Positions 34,901 through 46,495 of a stretch of 64,000 bases of DNA are shown piece after piece (the stretch's first letter is position 1; every line of letters starts with the position of its first letter). The stretch is taken from NCBI RefSeq assembly GCF_036365525.1, contig NC_090407.1:12653441-12717440 (forward strand). Reading direction: 5' to 3'. The stretch is from Heterodontus francisci (Eukaryota). The notes beneath the pieces were generated by a model. The model saw nothing but the letters and a program-made list of their open reading frames with translations. It had not been told where the DNA came from and searched no databases. The position numbers and the translations under genes were made by a program.

Positions 34901-37169
34901 ATGCTTTATATGATATCTGCTACTTTTGTGTATTTTCTGAAGGATGACATTAGTGGAATCCTGGATTCACGTAGCTTGTCTGACCTACTGACAGTGATTG
35001 GTACCCATCCTAGGAAGAGTAGAAGAGGTGGGGGGCTAATTTAGAAGGAAACAGAGAGCTACATATTCTCAAAATAAGTGAAATACTCCAAAATTAGAAA
35101 ATGTGTTTTAATTTCTAATGTGGTTCAATGCAAAACTACAGAGCTGAAAAAGGAAAGGCCCAGATGAAGACCCCACTGCCTGATCCTGGCAACCAAATGT
35201 GCAAAGCTGGCTATCCTACATAAAATAGTCAGGTCCATACCGCTCTTGTTTCTCAGCTGTCCACTTTTCTTGAAATGGAAGAAAGTCTCCAGGAATCCAA
35301 GAGAAACAACTGAGGAGAATAATGTCCAAAGCCAAAAATATATGTAAAACTTTAGGGAAGAAAGTTCATCTGGATTTCAAACCCTGACATATCATTCTGC
35401 TGCAAATATCCTCAGTATTTAACTCACTTGAATGTAGTCAACTTGCTTCTTTGTTCTACTTCATTAAGGCAAGGGAACATAAAGGATTGTGGGATATAAT
35501 AAGCAGGTGGGTCACTGAGGTTGGTCCCTGAAAGGGAATGGGCTTGTTGAGCTATGGCCTTTACCTGTTCATAAGGATCTTCAAGTTCATAAAAATGTCA
35601 AAGTGTTAATTTGAACAGAGTTTAATCTGTTCCTGTGCAGGGTCATCAATTAACAACCTGTCATTTAATCCAGGCTGACACTCCAGCTGGAGATGACAGG
35701 TTTTGGACTTGCTAAACCAAGGTTGCCTTAGGTATACATAAAAGATCCCATGGCACAATAAAAAAAAGAGCGTTCTACTGAAATTTTGGCCAACAATTAT
35801 CTCTCAAATAACACTAAGAACAGATTATCTGGTTATTTATCTCTTTGTTGTATGTGGTATCATACTGTGGGCCAATTGACTGCTGCGTTTTTCTATATTA
35901 CAACAGTGAGTATATTTTAAATTAAGCACTGCACTTCATTGGCTGTGAAGCACTTTGGACAACCTGAGGACATGAAAGGCACTAAGTAAATGCAAGTTCT
36001 TTTTACCAGCCCTTAGATCAATGAAGATGTGAACCAGATCACATCCTCAAATAGCACCAAGGTTCAAAGTAATTTTGCCCTTAGAAATGCCGATTGAGGG
36101 AGATTCAAAAAAACATTTGATCACTGATATGGGGAAAAGGCAGTGAGTGGATTTAGAGTGGGCAGCGCCTCTTGAAGAGCCAGGATTGCTACAAGCATGA
36201 TGGGTAAATGGCCTCCTTCTGTGAACCTATGAAGCAAGTGCGGCAGTGAAAGATGTGTGAGTCACTGCATTGGAAAGACTGTTATGCTAGAAATTTTCTC
36301 AGGGCTTTCCCCGTTCTCCCACTGGAAACTGCACTGAAGCCCCATGGGTAGCTTTCACTTAGACTGGCAGCATCAAATTGGCTGCTCATTATTCATCCTG
36401 CTTGATTTACTATTCAATTGGCTTCAACAGAACAGAAAAATCGAGCAGGCTGTACAAACAGGCAACCAATCTGATAGCGCCAGTTTTTAGTCCCCCACCA
36501 ATGTTGAAAGTTGCCTTAGAACTTTCCTCCAAATGTATGGGAGTGGAACAGGAGAAGTTCCGAGGAAATTCACCATTGTCATATTTTCATGTTCAAATCA
36601 ACAGAATACTTCAGTTTTGTAGAAAACATAAGATAATCTAAGAAAGCACTCCAGGAAAGATCCATCCCCGTTTTACCAAATCTTGCTGCCTATGATTGGT
36701 GAAAGGCTCTTCCTCTCTCTCTATGTAGCATATATCACTATGGGGCAAGGCGAGAAGGTAGGCCCCAAGAACTCAGCCAGTACAGGGATTGAACTCATGT
36801 TGTTGGTGTTAATCCACATCACACTCTACCCAACTGAGCAAACCAGCTCCTGAAAGGCTCTTTACTGGAAGCCAATTTATTAAACAAGACACTTTGCTGC
36901 AGCAGCCTTGAACTGGGGTTGTGGGCTCTCATTTGAAATAATAGGTAATCTTGTAATTTTCCTGCAGAGGGTGCTGGTGCATTGAGGTTGGTTGCAACAA
37001 GTGGGACAATGTTAGTGCTTTTTTTGGTTGGAGACTTGGGTTGGATCAACTGCAATGTAACATGTAACAGACAAAAAAAAAGTGATTCATTCATTAGCAA
37101 GTAGTTACTGAAATTCTTTATTAAAGTTACTTTTTTTATATGGAGGAAAATAATGATAGATTTTGGCAA

Positions 37170-37302
37170 AGACAAAATAGTGTGGATGTTGGAAATCTTA
37201 AATATAAACAGAAAATGCAGGAAATAACCAGCAGGTCTGGCAGCCCGTGTGGAGGGAGAAACAGTTAACATTTCAGGTCCGTGACCTTTTGTCAGAACTG
37301 GA
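37170..37302 (-). mobile_element. Penelope pLTR fragment with CpG-decayed hammerhead
   Basis: minus strand cagtt-CTGACAA-aaggtc(acg)gacct-GAAA-tgtt-aactg. Confidence 0.65.
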
Positions 37303-37329
37303 AAATGTTACAGGTGAAATGATAAATTT

Positions 37330-37780
37330 TGTAATTCTATCCAAGGAAGGATGTAAATGCAATGGGAAAGGTGTGGAGTACATTTACCAGGAGGCTACCA
37401 GGAATGAGGGAGGCTACATTTATTAAGAGTCACTTGAGAAGTCAGCGATTTTCAGGGAGGGGAGACCTAATAGAGGCCCTGTTAGGATAAATAATGATAG
37501 TGTTTCCAATGGTCAGCTAGACAGTAATAAGAGGGCACACATTTCAAATAATCATAAAAAGAATTAAAGGACAGGTTAGAAAGAAAAACCTTACATGGAG
37601 GGCTGTAAATTCCTTTAAAAGAGAATTAGATAATTGCTTGAAAAGTGGGAATATTACAGGGTGTGGGGATCAAACAGAATAATGGGATCAGAATAGTTGA
37701 CTCATGGAGAGAAAAACCTCTGTACAAACTCGATGGGCCCACTGGCTTGTCTCTGAGCTGCAATATTCTGTGGTTCTATA
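37330..37780 (+). mobile_element. degraded CR1 3' fragment
   Basis: ggagacctaatagagg, aattagataattgcttg and CR1-like tail. Confidence 0.65.
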
Positions 37781-39336
37781 ACCAACTGATATGGTATTGT
37801 CGTGGTTAAACTCCTGGGATAATAATCCAGACTTATCCAAGTACCTGAAGCCCTGTTTCAGCATGTCAGTGGTGTGCTCTGTAACTACACTGATGGGTGC
37901 CAGCACCTAATTAGAACAGTTTTAATTGGTGATCTTGGATGTTGCAAAGATGTCATGATCACCCAGTAGCTACCCTGCCACTTGTCTTTGTGGGTTAACT
38001 TTGTTGGGATGATGGATGGCCTTAAAATGAAAGCACTGTGAGATCTACCTGAGACAATATATTGGTTTACATAATCCTGTGAGGATGGCTGCAAACAAGC
38101 TAAACATTCAGGGAGTAGGATAATTTGTGAGTTATCTCGGTCATGTACAATTTGTGCAACAGATTGTGCCACATGGGTACAATCTATAAACTCTTGACTA
38201 TAGGTTACTGTAAAATTCTCTGATGCTGCTGCCAGTTTTCCATAGGAGGAGATTAAATTATTTTCTTGAGTAAATGAGGTATCCATCACTTATTTGATAC
38301 ATCTATCCACTCTAGATCGATGCCTTGCAATGATCCAGTTGCATTAGGAGTTAGGTGTTGTGTCTGTGGATGAGTTAGTTTGCAGGTCACTTTGCAGTCC
38401 ATGACACAACTCAGGCAGGGAAGGTCAGAGTGCTAATCCAACTCACCACCAGGTCAGTTCCATTTTAAAACAAACCACACATTTATAGAATTTAATAGCT
38501 AACAGAAAGACAATGGTTTCACAAAAATCTCTCAGAAAGATCATGGTATCAGAATATGTATTTTAATTTTAAACTTTAACATAATAAGCATAGATGCAGG
38601 CCCTGGAGGTCTGTTAGTTATCAAGCAATGTGTCGTAGTTGTGAGGCTCCCTATATATTTTGTTACACTGGTACTATTAGTACGTAATACCTTTTAATAC
38701 TTCAGAAGGAATTATCTTATACATATGTTCCTGATAAGTGCATAAAAATCCATGGAAAGGGGATTACACACTTGAAAAGGGACTAACTTTACAGGCATAA
38801 CAAGCACATTGACTGGAGTGTGCACTTAACTGTTGCAGTGTTTCAGAAACCTAACATTGCCATAACCTCATTTTCTTTGGGAGGAGCTAGGTCTCTTCAA
38901 GTTTTAGCCCAACCAGTGACATTCTAAAAAATGTTCCTATCAAGGTGGAGGATGTCAGGGCTGGGAATTAGGAGACCTTTTTCCACTCAGTGTCAGAATT
39001 TGGGCATTCACAGTTGAGTAACAGAATGACCAATTGCAAACTAAAGCTTCTTCTACTGTCACGATACGTGCCTTCACACAAACCTCAGCAGAGCATCAGC
39101 TCACAGAGTCCAAATGAGTAAAATGGCCAATTCATGAATTTATGGTTGCTTTTGTGCTGTGGGCTCATAATTTCTGAGAACTGAGTGAGACTGCCCTTAT
39201 AACTATCTCCTAAAAAGCTTATATAGTCAGCATAGAGAGGAGGCATCAATGAAAGGCCAAAATATGAAGGGATTAATTTCCTCATGGCTTCTCCCTCTCT
39301 ACTGATGTCACCTTGGCAGAACGTTGTCAGAAACCC

Positions 39337-42297
39337 GGCCTGAATATTTTGGGGCCCCGAAGTTGGGAACAGAGGTGGGGTGGGGGCGGGGGCGGTGGTT
39401 GGGAGGGCCGAAAAGACTGGTGCTGGGCAGCTTGTCAATTTCAAGATGCCGATCCCGGCACCAGCAATAATCACCGGGGCTGGGGGATGGCAAGGCAGGA
39501 ATCTTGCTCTCCTCCCAATTGAGGCCAATTAATAGTATTGAAAAGCTCATTAAAAGCTTGTCAGGATTGAAGTTCAAATTTTTCAAGGGGCAGAGAGGTA
39601 ACACTCCCTTCTGAAACAGATCAGCTGAGAGGAGGCAGGTACAGAGTGTGGAGATAGTCATGGCTGCTCCAGGGCATCACTCTGGCCCAAAGAGGGTTAG
39701 TGAGGCATAGGGGGACTCAGCTCTTGGTAAGTGAATGCCTTTGGCACAGTGCAGGTGGCAGGGAAAGTGGGCATGCACCACCCAGGCATTGAATGGGGTC
39801 AGCACCCCCCTGACATTACAGGGACAGAAGAGCAGGAGACAAGGCTGCCAAGGAAAATTGTGTGGCTGCCTCCCCAGAAGGAAGGCTCCAGCTGGCAATG
39901 ATAGGCAACATGCTCCATAGGAAGGGCAGAACCCTGGGTATCAGGAGAGCTTGGGAGAAGAAAGAGGGGCAGGAAGGCAACGGAGGCCAAACCCTCAACA
40001 CAGGATCTACAGCTGAAGACAGAGCTACCTGGAGAAGGATGAGAATCAGTGCTGCAGGAGACTGCGACTCTCCAGGCAGATGGCCACAGACATCTGTGCC
40101 CTCATTGCCAAAGACTTCGCACCTCACAGCACTGGTCGCCATGCCCTGCCAGTGGCCGTCAAATTCACTGTGGCCTTGAACTTCTTTGCTTCTGGCTCCT
40201 TCCAAGGATCAGTTGCAGACCTTAGTGGCATCTCGCAAATGGCTGCACTCCACTGCATCTCTCTGGTCACTGATGCCCTCTTTGCCAGAGCTGGACAGCA
40301 CATTCATTTAGTGACAACACCGAGCTTCACAGCGATAGAGGTATTGCCTCCATCACTGGATTCTCCCAGGTGCAGAGCATCATCAATTGCACCCATGTGG
40401 CCATCAAGGTACCCAATGAACAGCCAATCAGATCCATCAACAGGAAGGGCTTCCACTCCCTCAACATCCAACTGGTCTGTGACCACAACAAGAGCTTCCG
40501 CCGTGTGTGTTCACTTTCCTGGCAGCTGCCATGACACCTTCATCCTGTGCCAGTCCAAGCTGCTGCAGATCTTCAGTCCAACTCCCAAAGTGCATGTATG
40601 GATCCTAGAGGACAAGGGATATCTCTTGAAGAGATGGCTACTGACCCCTCTGCAGGAGCCCCAGATAGAGGCACAGAGGCGATACAACCAATGCCACCTG
40701 TCAGTAGGACAACCATTGAGCTGGCCATCGGGCTTCTGAAAATGCGATTCCAGTGCCTGAACTGGTCAAGTGATGCCCTCCAATATCCTCCTGCAAGGGT
40801 TTCGGTCATTGTGGTGGTCTGCTGTGCTCTCCATAACATGGCTCTCCAGAGATGTGTGGACTTGAGGACAATGAGGCCTTGGAAGGAGTCAGTTCATCTG
40901 TGCAGGAGGAGGAGATGCGAGAGGAGGAAGAAGCAGAGGGAGATGACGCTGAATAGAGAGGTAGGGGTTGGCAACATGTCCATATATGGACACCGGTGTC
41001 CGTAGTAAAAATTGAGATCTGTGGTAATTTATTCAAAAACTTATGACTTATAAACTGTCGATAAAAGACATAATTTGTCTTTGCACATATTGCAATTGTG
41101 ATGCAGATGGGCCAAATTTGGCTTCTGCTTCACCCGCAAACTGACAATGACACAAAGATTCTACGGTAACAACAGTTAACAGTAACAATAGTTACTGTAG
41201 AATCTTGATGACACTGAACCAAAGAAGCTTTGTTATCCAATCAGACAAAGTGTTAGTTATGTTTGCATTTTTCGTGTTTTTTTCTTATCCGTGGGAAAAA
41301 AACATGGCGTCGAATTCATATAAAGTTTGGGAAAGAGAATTTGTTTTGTAGCTGTGACAGCGAGGTACTTTCGAAAACATTAGAGCGACTTGAATTTATT
41401 ATTATTAGCTTGCTAGCTGACTAGGACAGCTATCCAATCGCTTTTTCCAGTGTGGAAAATTATTTGCTGTTTTACTGTTTGAATGACAGAAAGTCACTTC
41501 TCAGTTCTGGTTTTTATCATGTAATGGTTTAGCTAGTTGGCTACATGCTAACACAGCATTAGCACATGGTGTAGCTAGCTCTATACTATCTACAAAATAA
41601 TTCGCATTGGCATTACATACTGTTTTGCTTGCTAGCTAGCTAATACAGTTGTGCTGCTCTCCATTGATGTTTGTATGCTTAGCTACTTTATTTATAGGGA
41701 CAAATGTGTTTTAAATTGGACTGTGTTTTGATGGCATTAAGTTGGCTATCACTTTATATACAGATTAATTGCCCCCATGTCTGTGGCTGAGTCAATAATT
41801 TTGGTAAGTGTCTGTGGTGCAACATGTTAGTGCCGATCCCTGCAGAGAGGTGCCCATGCTGCATGATGAGGTGGTCTCCTCCTGCCACCTTCGGGGAAGA
41901 GGACCTCTGCCTCATGCCCTCCAGCATTAGATCCAGGTTGGCATCAATGAAGCAAAGGGCTGCCCTGCCCCAGGTGCCAGGCCTCCTCCTCCCCTGTGAC
42001 ATCTCACTTTCCTCTGGTGCAGTGGAAGACTTTGGCACAAACCACAGATCTCTCCCTCAGGACAACCAGCAGCCTCAGTGATGACTGCCATGGGAATCTA
42101 AATGAGTCCCACACTTCATCTTACCTGCCTCCGATCCCACTCCAGTGGCTCTAAGTGGACAGGAAACCTGTCTCCATACTAATTAAGGGCTTTCCCACAC
42201 AAAAATCTGAATTTTAATCAGTTTCCCACTTGAGGCGGTTTCTGACCAAATACAAACACAGCTCCTATTTCCCACCTCCATGACAAAAATTCAGCCC
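39337..42297 (+). mobile_element. PIF/Harbinger transposon, internally deleted: transposase pseudogene (+, about 39900-40950) and Myb/SANT partner 5' part (-, about 41850-42040)
   Basis: VALNFFASGSFQ, FPGSCHDTFIL, EDKGYLLKRWLLTP, IELAIGLLKMRFQCL, CCALHNMAL; termini ggcctgaatatttt / aaaaattcagccc. Confidence 0.9.
40962..41842. mobile_element. non-autonomous hAT-type element nested in the Harbinger
   Basis: TIRs TAGGGGTTGGCA / TGCCGATCCCTG; 8-bp TSD tagagagg (40954-40961) / cagagagg (41843-41850). Confidence 0.8.
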
Positions 42298-44082
42298 CCT
42301 ATTTACACTTGTAAAGGGATTTCCCTCAAAGTTATGATGGTAGAACAGGAGAGGCCCTGAGGAAATTCAAACTCCTAGGGTAACGTTCTAATACTGTTGT
42401 AATTCATTGCACCACCCAGTGCCCAACACTACACCTGCAAGTAAATGAGTTCAGCCAAATCCTATCAAACCAGCTCTTTCCAGCCCACTGTACATTGGAA
42501 AAGGCAGTGGGAACCATAAGGAATGTATGTGCAGTTTTATTCTTCTACAATAAATTGACAACATGTTCTAAATTGATCAAATCTTGATGCCATTCCCTAA
42601 TATTCTCCCCTGCTCTAGGCACTGACTCTGTATAATTCAACAGATGCCAGCAGTTCTTTGATATCTCACATAAGTGCCCATTATTCACGAGTTTGTAGGA
42701 TATTCAGCTGGCGCTGAACTTAATCCATTGTCGACCTGATGGCCCTGCACATGCACTTCTCTAAAAAGCCCACTTGATTTTTCTGTTGCCTAGCCTAGAA
42801 GTGGTGCAGGACCCCAAATGCCACCCTCAAATAGGCCAGTTAATTTGTCAAAGATCAGCGATCAAATCTGGGGATTCCTTCAGGCTTCCATTGCTCAGTA
42901 GCATATCGAATGGTGAATTAACTCACTAAATTTCTGAGGCCCCTGAGTTTTGGGACAGATTGGTATTTTACCTCAATTATCCCATAGTGCCAAAAACAAT
43001 TTTAAAAGAAAATTGGACCATGGGAACATATCTGAACAAGGACAGGAGCCAACACTCAGCCAATAGCTTCTTTATATTTCTAACAGTGGTCTTTGTGGTT
43101 TCATAATCCAACTCTTAATGTAAATATTGACAGTCTTCTCTTTGATCAAATTTGTATGAAGTGCTGGACCGTTGAATGAAACAAAAGCAGTTTGTTGCAA
43201 TGTCACAGTCTGGCAGTCATCAGAACCACAGCATATGCAATGTTGGAATCACAATCAACAATACACATAATCTTGTCTCAGCAAACCAAGTTCCATGTAC
43301 AATTAACCAAGACCGTTTGGATGAATGGGCTGTTACATGACAGAAGCTACACCAGATGCCAAAAGAATATAGTCCCCCATTTTCTCCAAAGGTCACCAGC
43401 AAGCTGAGGAAAATTGGTTTTGGAACCAATTTGAAGAAAATTTGGTTTCTCTCCTGGACACAGTTGAAATGGAAAGAGCTATGTATGGAATTGGTCCATC
43501 AACTTAACCCAGCTTTTATGCACTATTTTCAAACAGAGAGACCATCTCTTTATCCAATCAGCCTGTCAACCAGCCTGTTTCAGCTAGCTCCTCCCCAGTG
43601 ACTAACCTCTTGCTTTTTCAGTGTTCCTTTCACTGTAGTAATTGTGGGGTCTTTCCAATCTAGCCTGAAATATCCCAATGCCAAAGTAATAGCCACTTAT
43701 CCATTAACTCATCATGGAGATTGTTGGGTTTTACCGCTGAGACTCAACATCCCAACTCCAGTGGATTTTAGCCTTAGTAGGATGTGACACACAACAGGTC
43801 ATTATGTGCAATATTATACTCAGCTTCTAAACATTCAACTCTTCTCTTCCCAACAATATAACTTTTAACCCATTGCAATCAGTAGGATTTTCCAATGTTA
43901 TATTTCTTTTAACACTTGAGACTGATCTTTCTTGTACAAAGTCTATTATGTTCCACTCTCCTTTCAACATCCTTGTTCTTATAGTGTCCAGTATATTATT
44001 TCTGTTCCTTTAAGGATGTTCTGAGATCATTACATCCTGTTTAGCTGCTATATAGGTAATCTGTGTGCTTTGGTTAATAGAG

Positions 44083-44346
44083 TGTGGTAGTAAAGTGGTT
44101 ATGTTACTGAACTCATAAGTTCAAATCCTACCATGGCAACAAGGGAATTTAAATTCAATTAATTAAATACATCGGGAATAAAAGCCAGTCTCAGAAATGA
44201 TGAACATAAAGCTACTAGATTGTTGTAAAATTCCATTTGGTTCACTAATGTTCTGTAGGGAAGGAAATCTAGTGTCCTTACCTGGTCTGAACTACATGTG
44301 GCTCCAGGGCCCACAGCAATGTGGTTGACTCTTAACTGCCCTCTGA
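44083..44346 (+). mobile_element. tRNA-derived SINE homologous to the head of the LINE at 50306-53497
   Basis: ggttcactaatg...agggaaggaaatct...ctacatgtggctccag...cccacagcaatgtggttgactctt; degraded copy with tail at about 47790-48030. Confidence 0.75.
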
Positions 44347-44779
44347 GACGGAGGACTTGTTGAAAGTAGCTGTACAGGGTTTGCAGAAAATAATAGCTTC
44401 AACCTTGACAACATGCAAACTCTCTAAAAGACACACATTGCAATCCTTCAAATTTAAAATCTACATTTTCCACAAGAATGAGGGTACAGAGGTTTATTCA
44501 GTCTTCTTGAAGACTCTGTACATCTTTGGTACCTCATAGCTTGATTCTCCAGGCTTAACTTTGCCCTTTCACTTCACCACATTTCTACTGAGACCAATAT
44601 GGAAGATATAAAGATTGGCCCTCAGTGCAGCCAGATATTGGGCTCAAACTCTCAACAATACATTTTCTGTGCTTGGTTAAGAAGAGAACCCGTAGCCAAG
44701 ACTAAGACATACAATTTACTCATCAGCACATATATACATTTCCCCCCAATATATAATTACTTTATAAAAGATTTGCTGC

Positions 44780-45115
44780 ACTGACACAAATTTTAATGTT
44801 AACGATTCATTTTATAAATCTGCCTGCCAACTGTTGGATCAATACTTTTATAAACGCACTTGATTATCCACCAGAAGTAATCAACTGTACATTCAATTAA
44901 TTACCAGTCCCTTTCTTTTATCAGCCAAATAAGCTTTTTCGGGGGGATTAAATAAATCCACTCCATTTAATGAACACACGCTCTGTGTCTGTCACAAAAG
45001 GCAATGAAGTGGAGAGAATAATTTAATTTTTTCATTAAATAGAATTACAGCTGGTTACTTGAGGCTACTGCACACTTAATTGAAAGGAAACCATTTTGTC
45101 TTAATTTACTTCCGT
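44780..45115. promoter_or_regulatory. candidate enhancer-like non-coding block
   Basis: non-repetitive, dense TAAT/TTTAT homeodomain-type motifs; conservation not tested. Confidence 0.3.
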
Positions 45116-45449
45116 AGTTATGAATTACAGTCAGCTTGGCAGAAAACATATTGAGAAAGGATTATAGTGGTCCTGAAACTTTTTTTTTGATAAAAATAGC
45201 TGATTACTAAATGAGACAGCAAATACATGTAAAGGAGTTTATTTTGAGGCCTTCTTGCTGGCTTAAATGTTGGGGCAGTACTTACCGCTTTGGTACCATT
45301 GACCCTAAACATGTGGCAATTCTGCCCCCCTCCTCCTCACCACTGGGCCAACTGTGGGTGGCTGGAGCACCCCCTCCCTCCAACTCAGGCAGTAGATCCA
45401 TATGAAATACAACTGATGTACATCGGACCCTGGGAGCCATTTTAGGAGA

Positions 45450-46495
45450 GTACTTGGTTCAGTGTTATCACTCGAGTCAGAAAGTTGTGGTTTCGAGTCC
45501 CATTTCAAGGACTTGAGCACATAGCCTAGGTTGGTACTTCTTTGCAACACTGAGGCAGTGCTGCACTGTCAGAGGTGCAGTATTTCAAAAGCGACATTAA
45601 ATTTAAAAAAAACTTGCATTTATGTAGCACCATTCATGAGCATAGAATATCCCAAAGCATTTGAAGTGTAGTCACTGTTATAATGTAGGAAACATGACAG
45701 CCAATTTATGCACAGCAAGGGCCCACAAACAATAATGTAATACTGACCAGACAAACTGTATTTTTTGTGATGTTGATTGAGGGATAAATATTGACCAGAA
45801 CACCAGGGATAACTCCCCTACTCTTCTTCAAAACAGTGCCATGGGATCTTATGTCTACTTGAGAATACAGACAGGGTCTTGGTTTAATATCTCACCTGAA
45901 AAACAGCACCTCTGATAGTGCAATAATATAAAAGTAAAATACTGCAGATGCTGGAAATCTGAAACAAAAACAAAAAGTGCTGGAAATACTCAGCAGGTCT
46001 GGCAGCATCTGTGGAGAGAGAAGCAAAGTTAATGTTTCGGGCCTGTGACCTCACAGATGCTGCCAGGCCTGCTGAGTATTTCCAGCACTTTTTGTTTTTG
46101 CCTCTGATAGTGCAGTTGCCTCTCAGTAGTCTACTAGAGCATTAACCTTGATTTTTGTACTTATGTCGTGGAGTGAACGCATAACCTTCTGACTCACAGG
46201 TAAGAATGCCACCAACCAAGCCACAGCTGACACCCAAGACCCTTGCTGCTCTCTCAGGTGATTGTGAAAGATCCCTTGTGACTAAGCCGAGCAAGTAAGT
46301 TCTCCTCTGTGTCCTGGCCAATATTTTTCACCAAACGAGATTATCTGCTCATTATCAGATTTTTGTGGGAGCTTGCTGATGTTGCCTCATATCCTGCACT
46401 ACAACAGTGACTACACTTTTAAATCAATGGTTGTAAAGTGCTTTGAAATGTCTCGAGCTCAGGAAAGGCACTATGAAAATGCAAGTCTTCTTCCT
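45450..46495. mobile_element. nested Deu SINEs: minus copy (about 45610-46231) inside a plus copy
   Basis: plus copy breaks at gacattaaa and resumes at cccaagaccc...ctctcaggtg. Confidence 0.8.
45923..46100 (-). mobile_element. Penelope pLTR fragment with an inverted partial copy
   Basis: 14-bp TSD cctctgatagtgca at 45909-45922 and 46101-46114; ~49-bp inverted repeat 45965-46013 / 46052-46100. Confidence 0.8.

Noticed and set aside
40080-41005. Domesticated HARBI1 host gene
   Set aside because: Several frameshifts, TIR-bounded, and further decayed copies in the same window.
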